A DNA stretch of 64,000 nucleotides from contig CDMY01000299.1 of the NCBI GenBank assembly GCA_001179505.1, forward strand, positions 1 to 64,000. Direction: 5' to 3'. The DNA is from Vitrella brassicaformis CCMP3155. Lineage: Eukaryota > Protista > Chromerida. The translations under genes were made by a program, and so were the position numbers. Below, piece by piece: positions 1 through 12,216 of this stretch. The stretch's first letter is position 1, and each line of letters opens with the position of its first letter. The notes beneath the pieces are model-generated. The model saw only the letters and a list, made by a program, of their open reading frames with translations. It had not been told where the DNA came from and did not search any database.

Positions 1-191
1 ACCCGAGGTGGGCGTTCGTAACCAGTTGGAGTATCAGCAGTAGCTCGGGGTAGCGAGTAGGAATGTGACGAAGCCGAAAGAAGCATTCAGTGACGACGGA
101 GGTCTCATGGACACGCAAGCTTGGGTCCACATCCATCGCAATTCATGTCTCGTAGACCTCGCCCGTTTAACTCGGTCTCCGCTCTAACTCC

Positions 192-199
192 AGCTCGCA
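192..199 (-). promoter_or_regulatory. TGCGAGCT candidate promoter element
   Basis: agctcgca on the + strand, 64 nt before the ATG13 ATG. Confidence 0.55.
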
Positions 200-263
200 C
201 TTTTCCTCAGGCTGCCGCTGCTTCGCGAAGGGCAAGAAGGGCACTGCCAGCAGCTATTCCATC

Positions 264-3200
264 ATGTCTGTGCCTCGGAAGCAGGTCGAGGGGTGGCTTG
301 CCGAGTTTCTGATCAAGGCGTCGGAGGTCATCCTGCAAGCGCGTGTCATCCCGCTCAAAACATCATCGCACCCGAGGCACATGTCGACGGTGAGCGAGAG
401 AACACGCGAAGCACAAAGATCCAGACTCGCGTTGCCTCTTCCTGCAATTGTTTGCTTGTTGCTTCTCCTTCTCTCCCACAGTTGTTTCAGCTGCGGTTGG
501 CCGAGTGGTTTGACGTGCGTCAGGAGGTGGCGAGGGGCATCCGCGGCTACCACTTCGACCGACCATTCACATTCAGCGTTGAGATATACCTCAACAAAAC
601 TGGTGGGTAGGGACAAGACAGACAGACAGACAGACGGACGGACAGACAAGCAGGTCACTGACTTGCTGCTCCTTCGTGCTCAGATGCGGATGGTCGTCCG
701 GGCGACCAGCTGCTGGTGGAGAGGTGGACGTTCAAATTCCACCCAAAGTAGACCAAACAACTCATCCATCTGCCCTTCCACATCGGATGACATCTGTCTG
801 CCCTGTGTGGGTGCATGGCTGTGTGTCAGCACACTGGCGGAGAAGTACAGCGACCGTCTTTACAACAAGCTGTGCCTCGGCCTGCGGACGCTCCTCTGCT
901 TCACGCGGCTCCTGCCGGCTTACCACTGCTATGTCGACGCACAGAGGGGTGCACATGCCACCAGTCGCGCACCAGGTGGATGACGAGAAGACGCTTTCAG
1001 AATGAGCGTGTTCCCTTTGAATGTGTGGATTGCTTGCTTGGCTGTCTGTCTGTCTGTGGCTGCAGGGAGGAAGGACGGCATGGCGACAGCTCGGCTGAGC
1101 CACCGTGTGCACTTCAGAGACATCAATGCACTCGCCAACTACAACTGTAAGCCGACTTGACCATAAACACACATGTGCACAAACCACAGATGTCCGATCC
1201 TTGATCGTGCCATCCATCGCTCAGGCAAGGAGGTGACGTCGTCTGACTTTCTGAACCTTCCCTGCTCGTTCGGCGTCCTTTCCGTCGGCGTCAGCCACCG
1301 GCTGGAGCTGCCCTTCCCTCAGAAGCCGCTCACCGAGGACGCGGCGGCCTCTGCGTTCGGCTACGTCGACAACTATGAGGTGGAGGAGGGCTACGTCACA
1401 TGCAACCCGCCCACGCACCAGCCACGAGGTAGGCTCAGCATGAACACCACACACCGTTATACTGTGCTTGTGTGTGTGTGTTGTTTGCGTCAGGCCAGTC
1501 GCCGTCCATTTCTCTCTCTCCTCGCCCAGCTTTGGGCGCATCTTCACACCACCACCACCAACACCACCATCAGCATCGGTCCTGGGGCCACCATCACCAC
1601 CAGCAGGCGGAGAGAGGCTGGACGATGAACGTCTTGACAGGAGAGGGCAGGCGCCACAAGTCGGGCTCCGATGACGGCGACGTCCCGCCACTCCGTAAGT
1701 TGGGGGAGAAAGGAGCATACAATACATGTGTGCGTCATCTACATGTCGCCTGTGTGCGTGTCGGTCAGCTTCTGGGCCGTCCGACTCGTCGACGGGAAAC
1801 ATGATGGCGGCCGGCACTCCGCCCTTCGCACAGCCACGGTATGCCTGCCAACAGACAAATAGAATACACAGCCATCAAGCAACCTCCTCATGTGTGTCCT
1901 TTGCCCTGCCGTGTGTGTCAGTCATTTGCATCATCGTCCGACCGGCATCTCCCCCAGCAGCGGTCCTGGCGTGGCGCCCATGAGCATATCGCCCAGAGAT
2001 CACGGGCTGTTGGGCAGGGGAAACACGCCACCCAATGTCACGGTAGGTGCAGGGGACAGCCATCTCTCCACCAATCCATTACCCTTTCCGTCTCATGTTG
2101 ACGTCTCAGCTGCCCCCCCCGCTGCTGCGTGACACTTCCCAGACGCCCACGCCGACCCCCTCATCGGCACACACGCCCTGGGGCACCACACAACACATGA
2201 GAACCTCACCCAGGTACACAACGACACTGTACACACACAACACAACAAAAGAAACAACACTGCACGGATCATCCATGTCCGGACTGTGTCCATCGACATC
2301 AGGGTGGGCACCAAGGCGAGCGACTATTCTCCCGGTCGTGGCGAAGGGCTGCCGCCCAGGCCACACACTCCACACTCGAGAGGCTCAGCACCACAGACAC
2401 CAACCAGTAGGAAGGCGCCTTGGTACAGACATGGGCACCTGTTTACTTCATTTGGATGTGTGTGCTATGTGTGTGCCAGGTCGGCAGGGCAGCGGCGGGT
2501 ACGGCCAGGGTGTGTTTGGGCCGCTGGGCACACCGCCTCTCGGGTACCAGAGCAGGACGACATCGCGGGACTGCCCAAGCCCCGTGCTGGGCGTCAGCCC
2601 AACATCAGAGATGCTGCCATCTCCCCGGCCAGACGAGGGTAAGCGAAATTGCACACCCACTCTCGGGCATCGAGACCACATGTATGGGTGCGCTGGTGCG
2701 TTTCCCTTTCAGGCTTCGGCGATCTGTGGATGGCCTCACACCCTGCCGTGCGCAAGCAGTCCTCAGCCAGCCTCATGTCTGTGTAAGCGCCGACCACAGC
2801 ACACCGCCCTTTGCATAACTCTCTCACTCTGCCGTGTCAATGAATGTCAGCGGCCGGATGTCGCGCAAGAGCAGCGGGAGTGGCGCGTGCAGTGCGACGG
2901 GTGCCGGCAGTGAGGGTGGGCATCCCGTCATATTCGATGACGGGGAGGAGGAGGGCGAGATATTCATGCTTGACCAGGACAAGGGAGAGGTGACCTGACC
3001 ACATAACACCAACACATCACTAACTGTGTGGATGTGCGTGCCTATTTGTGTGTTGTGCGTGTGTGTGTGCAGGAGGAGGCATTTGAAGATGACGAGGACA
3101 GCCACGTGCTGGCCTCAATGATCGGGCAGCTCGGGGAGGGCGCTGGGGCGTTCGTCATCAAAAAAGGTGAAACGGCACACGCACACACATCCGGCATAGA

Positions 3201-4411
3201 ATCCCTAACCAGTTGTACGCACGCCCATCAGATGACACGTCCGACTGGCCCCCGACAGCGCCCCTCAACCTGCCGTCCCCCGCCCCTGCCTCCCCATCCT
3301 CCTCTCCACCCACACCCTTCTCACCACTCCTCCAGCGACTCGGATTCCGCCCCTCACCATCACCAGCACCCTCACCCACACCCATACCACCATCCACATG
3401 GCCGTGGGGCCGTCTCGTCTCACGTGGGTCCAGCGACCGTCGGTCCATCGACCGCGAGAGGCTGTCGCGGCCGGTGCTGCATCTGCTGGAGGTGCTGTGT
3501 CGTGCGGTGGAGGAGGGCAGCAACAGGGGCGTGCCTGTGGATGGGAGGAAGGTAAGCGACGCGGCGATGCGGGCGGTGCAGTATGGCGGGACCAATGAGG
3601 GAGGAGTGGTGCAGCAAGTCCTCAACCAGAGCGGGTGAGTGGGGGGTGAGAGGTGCATGGAAGGGGCTGTGCATTGTCTCTCTCTGTGTGTGTCATATGT
3701 GCAGCGGTGGTCGGTGGCAGGGCGGTCGCATGCTGGTGACACTTGACCTACCAGGGGCGACGCAGCTGCTGCAAGACCTGGTAGGGAGAAGGCATACACA
3801 CCAACACACAGATGCACACGTGTGGCCCTCTCCTCTGTGTGTGGCAGCGGACATCGTTGTACGGCTATGTGCATCATCAATCTGTGAGCAAGTCGAGCAC
3901 GCCGCCCGCGTCGATGCGGGGCCTGCCCGCCCACCCCCACCCCGGAAGTATGTTCGAGAGCTGCATGGACAGCAGTGGGGACGAAAAGATGATCGACGAA
4001 GACTCTAAGACCAAACGGGACAGATTCCTCGCTTCTGTTGGTCAGCCAGCCAGCCATCTGCACGCGATTCGAGTGTTCATCTCCATGTGGTTTGGTTTGG
4101 TGTAATGTGGTGTGTGTAGGTGATTTGATGCGTCACTGCCAGCAGCCACGGCCCCTGGCCATCGCGCAGCAGACCATTCCTGTGGTACGCACAGACGCTT
4201 CGCGTAAATGAATGACTGATAACGGTTTGCTCTGGCCTCTCTCTCTCTCTCCCCCGTGTCTGCATGCAGCGTGAGCTGTTTAGGCGGCTGGAGCATTTCG
4301 AGGTCAGTATTGCGCCGCAACACCAGAAATTCTTACATTGGTACGTTGTCTGTGTTGATTGATCAGAAGCTGGGCGAGAAGATACGGAGCCGGCCTCGGG
4401 ACACATTCTGA
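264..4411 (+). CDS. ATG13: Autophagy protein ATG13-like: N-terminal HORMA domain plus long Ser/Pro-rich disordered tail; multi-exon
   Basis: Spliced exons give EFLIKASEVILQARV / LFQLRL / FSVEIYL / LLVERWTFKF / LYNKLCLGLRTLLCFTRLLPAYH / FGVLSVGVSHR, following the Atg13 HORMA motif order. Last exons read DLMRHCQQPRPL..RELFRRLEHFE KLGEKIRSRPRDTF*. Internal exon boundaries are approximate. Confidence 0.82.
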
Positions 4412-4609
4412 TGATGTGGGAGAGGGATGGACGAGTGTTTTTTTCATCATGACAGCCGCTAGAACCTTGCTCGGCTGTATATCGCACGCCATGGATGTAG
4501 TTACGTGGACTGAATGAATGAATGGACAGACTTATCGACGTAACAAACAACTTTCTGCTCAGGTCTATCTTTCTGTCTATGTACCAAATGTACCAAGGTA
4601 GTCGGTCGT

Positions 4610-5325
4610 TCACTCGTGCATCTCCACACAGCGGCACTTTTTTCTGGACCGTTTGCAGAAATAAACATCGCCGCACGGAAACTCGCCGTCGCAGTCATCG
4701 TCTTCCAGCGACTCACAGTCGCGCGAGCACACACACAACTGCAATGTAGAGTTCCACGCCCGAAACCCACTGCACAATAGAGAGAGAGAGAGAGAGGGGA
4801 GACGCTCGTGCAAACCCTAGAGAGTTTAGTCAGTCAGTCATACTCACGGTGGGTAGCAGCCCCCCGAGCGAAGTGTGCATTCTTCTCTGGGAAGGTCCTC
4901 GACGTCCCTCACGCTGCACTTGCATTTGTTGTCTTCATCGTTCCTGATGATTGAGTGCGTGGCAAGGCACACACCATAGAGGCACCACATGGCACACAGG
5001 GATGGAACTGAACCTACTCACCACTCGCAGAGGCCCGTGCCGTCCAAACCGCACCCCTCCCGCTCAGCTTTCATGAACCCAGTGCACTTGTCCTTGGTCT
5101 CCAGCTCTTGGCACCGGCCCGAATAAGCTCCATGGTCATGTTCGAGGGACGTGCCATTACTGCGGCGAATGCCTGAAATGCCACATAGAGAGAGACACCA
5201 CACGTGACTGTCTCACTCTGTCTGATGGTCGATGGGCGCTTACTCTTCAGCCGATTGTTGCAGGCGGCGTGCACACGAGCCCCGAGATGAATTGCGATGA
5301 CCAGCAGGCACGGGAAGGGCCTCAT
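4610..5325 (-). CDS. Small secreted Cys-rich protein (4 exons, ~170 aa)
   Basis: Signal peptide MRPFPCLLVIAIHLGARVHA. Phase-compatible GT-AG introns join ..GLCEW-NDEDNKCKC..GGCYPP-GFRAWNSTLQLCVC..KKCRCVEMHE*. About 17 Cys in the mature part. Confidence 0.72.
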
Positions 5326-5482
5326 CACCTCTGAGCCCCACTGCAGTTTGCTCGTGCTGAGATGATATCAATTCTATGTATGGTTTGAGGCACAGGAAAC
5401 GGCTCAAAACTGAATGAGTGGAATAGAATAGGGATGAACGGGATACGCCGCAACGGGGTGAAATCAGCGACGAGCTCGATAT

Positions 5483-5490
5483 TGCGAGCT
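5483..5490 (+). promoter_or_regulatory. TGCGAGCT candidate promoter element
   Basis: 39 nt before cyanase Met 5530. Confidence 0.6.
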
Positions 5491-5529
5491 TAGATGGGCA
5501 GATCTCAGACGATGAACGTGGCCAATGGC

Positions 5530-6552
5530 ATGAAGGCGGCCATCCCGCTCATCAGGCAGAGTCGTGCACTGCTGCCCGGGGCCTTTCAGAAGCACTCATG
5601 GCGGTGCTCTCTTTTGGCGTCGAGATGCTTTGGCAGTGGTGTGAGGGAGCCATCCTTTCTACAGGACCGAAACGAGAAGGACGACATTATCACGACGCTC
5701 ATGGATGCCAAGAAGCGGCAGGGCCTGACATTCGATAGCATCGCTCACGAGCTGGGGTGAGTGACGAGCAGGCACAAGCAGCAAACTCAGATGCAGGCAG
5801 GCCCTGCTGATGTGTGTATCCTGTAGGTATACGAATGCGTTTACGGCTCAGCTGTTCCTTCTGCAGGCGCCCCTTCCCGCCAGTGCAGCGCCCAAGCTGC
5901 AGGAGATCCTGCCCTCTTTGCCACCGTCGGTGATTGAGGAGATGCAGAAGACGCCCAACAGACGATTCGACGTGGACATTGTGCAGGAGCCGTCCGTCTA
6001 TCGCCTCATGGAAGCAGGTGGATGGACTGTGAGAGCAAGGCTGTTAGTGTGCGGGTGCACCTACCTTATGTGTGTTGGTCTCTCAGTGCAGCACTACGGC
6101 GAGGGCTTCAAGATCTTGCTCAACGAGAAGTTCGGCGACGGTATGCCAATCCAGCCACACACGTACACGGTGGTGGATGCGAGTGTATGGCCATGGTGTG
6201 GTGTGTGTTTCAGGCATTATGGTGGGCACGCTGCACGCATTACGACGGGTGGTGACCTGACATGGGTGCGGGTGGGCGCCATCTGTGTGTTGCTTGCTGT
6301 CAGTCTGCCATCGACTTCTACATGACCGTCCACAAAATCAAGGGCAAGGCAGGCGAGGTGAGTTCCACCACACACACACACCTCGCCTGCCTTGCCCTTT
6401 TGTGTGTGTGTGTGCGCGCGCGTATGTGTGTGGCTTCTTCACAGGACCGTGTGGTGGTGGTGTTGAACGGCAAGTGGCTGCCGTATACTGAGCAAATTGC
6501 GGCTAACAACACCGCCAACATAGACACCATCACCCGCACGATTAGCAAATGA
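5530..6552 (+). CDS. CYN: Cyanate hydratase (cyanase), plant/algal type, with N-terminal presequence-like extension; alternative Mets at 5494 and 5512
   Basis: Spliced product [64 protein letters not shown] matches the cyanase C-terminal catalytic signature. It requires an 8-nt micro-exon at 6214-6221. Confidence 0.95.
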
Positions 6553-6779
6553 CCTGCCCCATGCTATTAAGTCCTTTTTCGGTGTCACGTGTTCCGATAC
6601 AGTGTCGAAGCAACAAACCAAGGACATTGACCTGTGACATGGTACGTGTTGCATGTCTATGTACTGCGTGGAAATAAAGGAATGCGACAATAGTAGACAG
6701 ACAGACAGCACGAGAACAGACACAGAACAGCACACACCCCTGGCCGGGCATATTCATGCAGCTGGCTAACGTATGTATC

Positions 6780-8717
6780 TCATGATGCAGCCTGCTGCTG
6801 AATGAGTATATCCACCGCTCGATTCACATGACCTGAGCCAACACAAACGAACGAACAGAGGAAAGGTGAATGAAACCTTTGCCCAGCAAACCTTTCATAC
6901 ACATATGGCACCTTCGCTTTGTTTCAACGCTGCCACTGACGCCTCCACATCGTGGAAACCCATGGCCCTTAGCGCAGTCAGCTGTCCCGCATACTTGACC
7001 TCTGGGGCCATGTGCTGCTGCACCACAAACGGCTCGAAAGCCTCCTGGAAGTTGATGTTGTCACACGGCATGCCATACGCGCCCGGCCTGGGTATCTTCG
7101 GGACGCTCGGCCGCCTCCCCTTAGACGAAACTTTGTCTTGATCCCCCAGCAGACTGCAGACAGAATACACGAGTCATTTGTGTGGCGCCCGTCCCTTCTC
7201 TCTCTCTCTCTCTCTCTCTCACCGTTTGGAGCTCTTCTGCAGTAGGATGAGTGCCTGCAGTGTGGTGGGGTGGTACATGTGCTGCAGCACACGAGGGTCA
7301 GACTGGACTGGCGGGGCAGCACCAGCCTCGGCCGCGTCAGGCCCCTGAGACACACGCAAAGAGACGTCATGTCGGACATGGGGATTTCACATTCGTCACA
7401 CACCTGTGTCTGTCGAAATCTGTCCATTGCCATGGATGCGATTGTCTTCTGCGCCGACAGAGACGACATATGCATGCATGAGTGTCTTCCTTCCTCTCTC
7501 CGTCCCTCCCTTGGCTGGCCTGTCATTGTATATGTCTCGTCTCACCTGCACATGAGGGTCTTGCATCATCATGGCCACGGCGCTGGGGTCGTACTGCATC
7601 GTCCCACGAGGCATAGCCTCATCCTCTCCACCCTCCCCCTGGCCCTCCCTCGCCCCTCTCTGCAGCGACTGCAGCTGGGCAATCGTGTTCAGACCCTGCG
7701 TGCAGTGAGCGCAGGGGAGACACCAGCCAGGCAACGTGGGTGATTGATCGATCTCTGTGCTTTTCATTCATTCTCCTATGTCATGTGCCTGGTTGAGAGT
7801 GCCGTATGGTGCAGGGGTGTTTTTGTTTCTGTCCACCAGCGCCGCGCCCCTCTCTGTCGCACGCAGCAACTCGCGAACAGTGGACGGCTGACGCACCAGA
7901 TCACCGACCTGACCCAGAAACTGAAACACAGAGGGGAATCCTGGGCCGTGGGGGGCTCACATCATTGTGTGTCTATTTCGCGTCTTTATTGTCCATTACC
8001 TGACCTCAATGTCATCGATGAGCTGGGCCAGCTTCGGCTCATGCTGCATCGCCTCACACACTGCAGCATTCGACCGCAGAGCCTGCACACGGACAGAGAA
8101 AGGGAGACAGGCAGGTAGGGAGGCAGTGAACAAACACAAGAGAGACAAGCTGACCTTCTGCAGGATGTCCGGCGATGCAATCAAGCTCTGCATGTTGTCA
8201 CTCCGCAGCATCGACTCCAGAATGTCGGGATTCATGAGCACATGCTTCTGCAACCCCCCAAGCGAGCCAACCGGGCGCCCATCGAACACAAACTGCTCCC
8301 CACTCAGCCTGCCCAGCCCCACCGCCCTCGGCTTGGCATCGGGCGCATGCTTGAGGAGGAAGATGGTGGCGTTGTGATGAATGCCATAGCTGTCGAAATT
8401 CCTCTCGGGGTTCAGGGCCTGGCCCTTGCTGCATGCACAGACGCCAAGAGATCCTTGCGCGGGATCTCTTCTTGCTGTTTGTGTCATTTCTTCTTACAAA
8501 AGGAGGCGTTGTTCCTTCTTTGCAATCTGCGCTCTTGGCTCCAGCTGCATTGCAAATCACACATATAGATGGATGGATGCATTGCAGACAGACAGGAATG
8601 GGTGCGTGTGAGGCTTGTCACCTGTTGGCATAGTGTGTCGATTGGCTTTAAGCTGTCAACATCGAACAGAAAGGTAACGCCGTCCTCCTTTTCCACCTGA
8701 ACGCTCAGAAGCGGCAT
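6780..8717 (-). CDS. Ubiquilin/Dsk2-like protein (UBL - STI1-like - UBA)
   Basis: N-terminal UBL (..QRLLFKGQALNPERNFDSYGIHHNATIFLL), Met/Pro-rich LMNPDILESML and AMMMQDPH segments, and C-terminal UBA PEVKYAGQLTALRAMGFHDVEASVAALKQSEGHVNRAVDIL*. Confidence 0.88.
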
Positions 8718-8748
8718 TTTCCCACGTATTTTCCAAAGCGCGTCACTG

Positions 8749-8756
8749 TGCGAGCT
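8749..8756 (+). promoter_or_regulatory. TGCGAGCT candidate promoter element
   Basis: Between divergent ATGs at 8717 and 8825. Confidence 0.6.
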
Positions 8757-8824
8757 TGATTGCGAGGGGAAGAGGGGCCAGTTGTCACTCTCTTTCAAAG
8801 GAGTGCGCCGGCCCGTTGCGAGAA

Positions 8825-10057
8825 ATGGTACAGACGCGCGCCGCTAGGCGTTCGCATGCCGAGGGCGGCGATGTTGAGATGGTCGATGCCCCCCTCCACT
8901 TCTGCGCAGACATCGACAGGCTCGAGAGGGTGCTCCGCGCTGAGAAGAAGCGGTTTTCGGCCATATTCAACTCGTTTGAGACCATCCTAGCAGGTACGCA
9001 GCGGCAGAAGCGGCTGACAAGACCTTTCCATTGTACTCTTCTATCTCTGTGTGCCAATTGCTGTGTGCAGGGCTAAAGGCGTGTGCTGGCGATGTGGAGG
9101 CGTTGAGTGAGGCGCTGGTGCTGCCGCCGTTGAGTCTCATGCAGAGCTTCAACGAAGTGGAGGTACGCCGGGGTGGGGGCTCTCACTCACACACACGACG
9201 CCCGAGTGGCTGTGTCTGCTGGGGCGTTCAGGGTCGTTTGACCACGGCGCGCAAGGCGCTGAACTATGGCAAGCTGGACATCGACCGCTACGAAGAGGTC
9301 ACCGACGCCCTCAGGGACGTCAACCACTTCATCACCACCATGGGCAAGGTATGTGCCGCTGTCACACACGCACACACACATGCACAATCTCCGTATGTGT
9401 GTGCATGTGTTTGTGTGTGTGTGTGTGTGTGTGTCAGAGCCTCAATGACGGCATGAATCGTTTGGCTGAGGTCCAGCAGCAGGCGAGCAGCAGCAGCGGC
9501 AGTAGCGGGGCGGTGGAACTGCGCACAAAGAGCTCGTGGGGTCAGGAGTCGCGTGTGCTGGCGCCGTCTGGCCCGAGTGGCCGGATGTCCGACGTGTGGG
9601 ACCGAGTGCTTCTACTGTCGGGTGAGCGACGTCCGCCACACCGAATGCGATCGATTCATCTCCGCTGGTGCTGTTTTCTCTACAGGGGGGAAGTCTCCCG
9701 GGAAGAACGTGAGGATACTCATGGATGGCGAAAGGGTGCTTCCGGATCGCCGGCTGGCCGATCTCATGCAAGAGGACGGGACCGTGTTGGTCGACATGGT
9801 GCCCGAGCAGAAGGGCGGCATGTTCCACGCCTCGTCCGGCCGGCATGGCTTCGGCACGTCATCCTTCATGCAGAAGCAGGCTGACGACATGAGGTATGCT
9901 TCCCCACAGCCAGTGAGTCAGTCGGTCACTCAGTGGCTGTGTGGCGTCTGTGTTCAGGTTGGAGATGGAGTCGCTGGAGGAGAGGCTGCGGATGCTCACG
10001 TCGGTGCACAAGGGCGGGCAGGAGTTGCTAGCCAGCACGCACCAGCAGCAGACCTAA
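8825..10057 (+). CDS. Coiled-coil protein with an internal ubiquitin/SUMO-like domain ending EQKGG, followed by an MFHASSGR tail
   Basis: Phase-consistent GT-AG exons. RILMDGERVLPDRRLADLMQEDGTVLVDMVPEQKGG resembles the C-terminal half of SUMO/ubiquitin folds. Confidence 0.72.
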
Positions 10058-10423
10058 CACGCACAGCTGGATGGCCTGGCAGGCCCAGCCCCTTAGAGTC
10101 CGCAGAGCATCGCTCGTGTATAGTACCGATTGATTGATTGACGAATGGATGGATGGATGGATTCATTTTTAAACGTTGGCCCTGGACGTTGACGCTGTAT
10201 GATCCTGAAGTGTAATCGACTCTCCCTCCACTCTCTGCAAACCCGAACGATTACTTCAAGCTCGCGCTGCGAGCCGAGAAAAAGGGGCGAAAGAAGATAC
10301 GCCCGTCGTCATTGCCTTTTGAGTGTATTTCAGCTATCCTGCGTTACACACGGCACGGCACGGCTAGATCTGCTGCCAGCCACATCCGTTTCAACCACTC
10401 TCTCTCCGGCAGACCTCGCCCGG

Positions 10424-10639
10424 ATGGACAGCAACAGCAGCAAGAAGAGCAGCCCCGGCCCTGCCAAGACGGACGCCGCCAAGAAGACCCCTCCCATGAC
10501 CACAACTCAAACGGCGGCGCCGATGCCCTTGGCCGGCACTCCACCGCGGGACCCTTCTGAGGCGACACTCTCAGCCAAGGCCAAAGGACGTGTCGGCGTG
10601 GCTCCGGTGCCGTCTACGTCGCTGCCTTGCCTCGGATGA
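10424..10639 (+). CDS. Possible small Ser/Thr/Pro/Lys-rich protein (71 aa)
   Basis: Single ORF MDSNSSKKSSPGPAKTD..PCLG* with GC-rich codon usage. Two near-copies of the promoter 8-mer lie at 10259-10275. No recognisable domain. Confidence 0.3.
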   Translation: MDSNSSKKSSPGPAKTDAAKKTPPMTTTQTAAPMPLAGTPPRDPSEATLSAKAKGRVGVAPVPSTSLPCLG

Positions 10640-11039
10640 CCGCTGCCTGGTGATGCTGATCACTTAAGCGGAGAGATGTGCACCCGACTATGGCGAGTTG
10701 GTTGCCCCTGGCAGGGGCGGCGTGTTGTAGTGTGTACGGTGTGCGTTCGTACGGATCATGGCTTTCTTGCGTACACACGTCGCTTGCGTAATGCACGCGA
10801 GCCGGTTCGCTTAGAGGAGGGAGGGAGGGAGGGAAGGGAGGGAGGGGCCACAACAGCCGAGCGTTTCTGTAATTAGTAGAGTGACGGAAGTGTGTAGACA
10901 GAGTGGGTGTCAGGCTGCCTGCCTGCCTGCCTGCCTAATTGCCTTGCGCTTTATGTAGTCGGCGAGTCGCCTGCCTGCCTGCCTGCCTGCCTACCCGCCT
11001 TGTTGTCGAGCTCTGCATACGTGCCTGCATCCACACACA

Positions 11040-11400
11040 CACACACACTGGAAGCGAGAAGTTTCCTTTTCTCATGTACACGGGGCGTTGTGTTGCGTGT
11101 AGCCTTGTCGTGTTCTCCCCTGTCGCATCTCTCTGGGTGTGTCATCTTTCTGCTCACTGCTGTCACGAGCAGGTCTTAGTGCGTGCTCCCGTACGGTGAC
11201 CTGCCTATGAAAGCAGAGGGAACAGAACGGTGAACCAAAGAGAGGAGTGAGTGGCGGTCGGATGGCGACTGGGAAGGAGGAAGCACGTAGCGGCAGTCCC
11301 TGTGCATAGCGTATCCTACCTTGGTTTGAGTGATGGTGTTGCCGTTCCGTTGCACCCGTGTCGGTTTCTGGCTGTGTCCGCCCGTCCTTCATGGGGCAAT
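11040..11400 (-). repeat. Dispersed repeat A, copy 1 (inverted relative to 43680-44030)
   Basis: 11124-11143 is the exact reverse complement of 43920-43939 (gacacacccagagagatgcg). Further matching blocks lie at 11356-11372 and 11165-11205. Confidence 0.85.
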
Positions 11401-11532
11401 GCACTCGACTTGGTGCAGTGTCCATGTGAGTCGCGACATGCACCGCAAAAGGCCAACACAATGGCAAGCAGGGGCAGCACAGCGAGGAGATTCTTGCCAG
11501 CTGGGTGGGGTTGTGTCTGCATGCGTGAGTGC

Positions 11533-11701
11533 GTGTGTGGGGTGTCCATCCATGAGCGCTGAGACAATGACATACAGATCCATACTTAGATGTCAACCGC
11601 AATGACGACTCACTCAAGACTAATGAGTACACACACAACAAAGTCCCCCTTGCTCGCATGAGTGAGTGAATGTGTGTGGTATCCATCAAGGAGCGTTGAG
11701 A
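11533..11701 (+). repeat. Dispersed repeat B, copy 1, plus a partial copy at 11671-11701
   Basis: Matches 15203-15313; the core gagcgctgagacaatgacatacagat (26 nt) is identical at 11554-11579 and 15224-15249. Confidence 0.9.
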
Positions 11702-12216
11702 TGAGCGCATACACAAAAGGGCTGGCTCATCTCTGACAAACATGAATACATCAGTGCGCACCGACGTGACGTCTGTGTAAAAACGGCATGGATTCTGCAT
11801 CACGGGCAGCTAGCTGGATGCACACTCTACGCTTGGCCTCCTGGCCATCCTCCATCCGTGCGCCACCGGCCCACCTCGGTCAACCTGGCACACAAGGGAT
11901 CACATCGCCAGACCGCCGCACACAAATGAAGGCACGAAAGAATGTCATGATGATTTTGTTCCTCTCCTCCGCCCCGCTCACCCTCTTTCTCCTGCTGCTG
12001 CTGCTGCTGCTGGCGGTCACCACCGCCATCCCCGCCGATGTCGTCCAACTCATCCTCCGACTCGCCATCCATATCTGCACACACTCCCAAACATACAAAA
12101 GAGCCCAACAGCACATACACATCTCCCCCACCCACCCTCACCGTCATCGTCGTCATCGTCATCATCCTCGTCCTCTGCACACCACCACACACAGCACACA
12201 GCACACAGCACACCGA

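Noticed and set aside
1-136. Minus-strand ORF MDVDPSLRVHE.. running off the window edge
   Set aside because: Only 45 codons are visible. The minus-oriented TGCGAGCT 55 nt upstream is suggestive but not enough.
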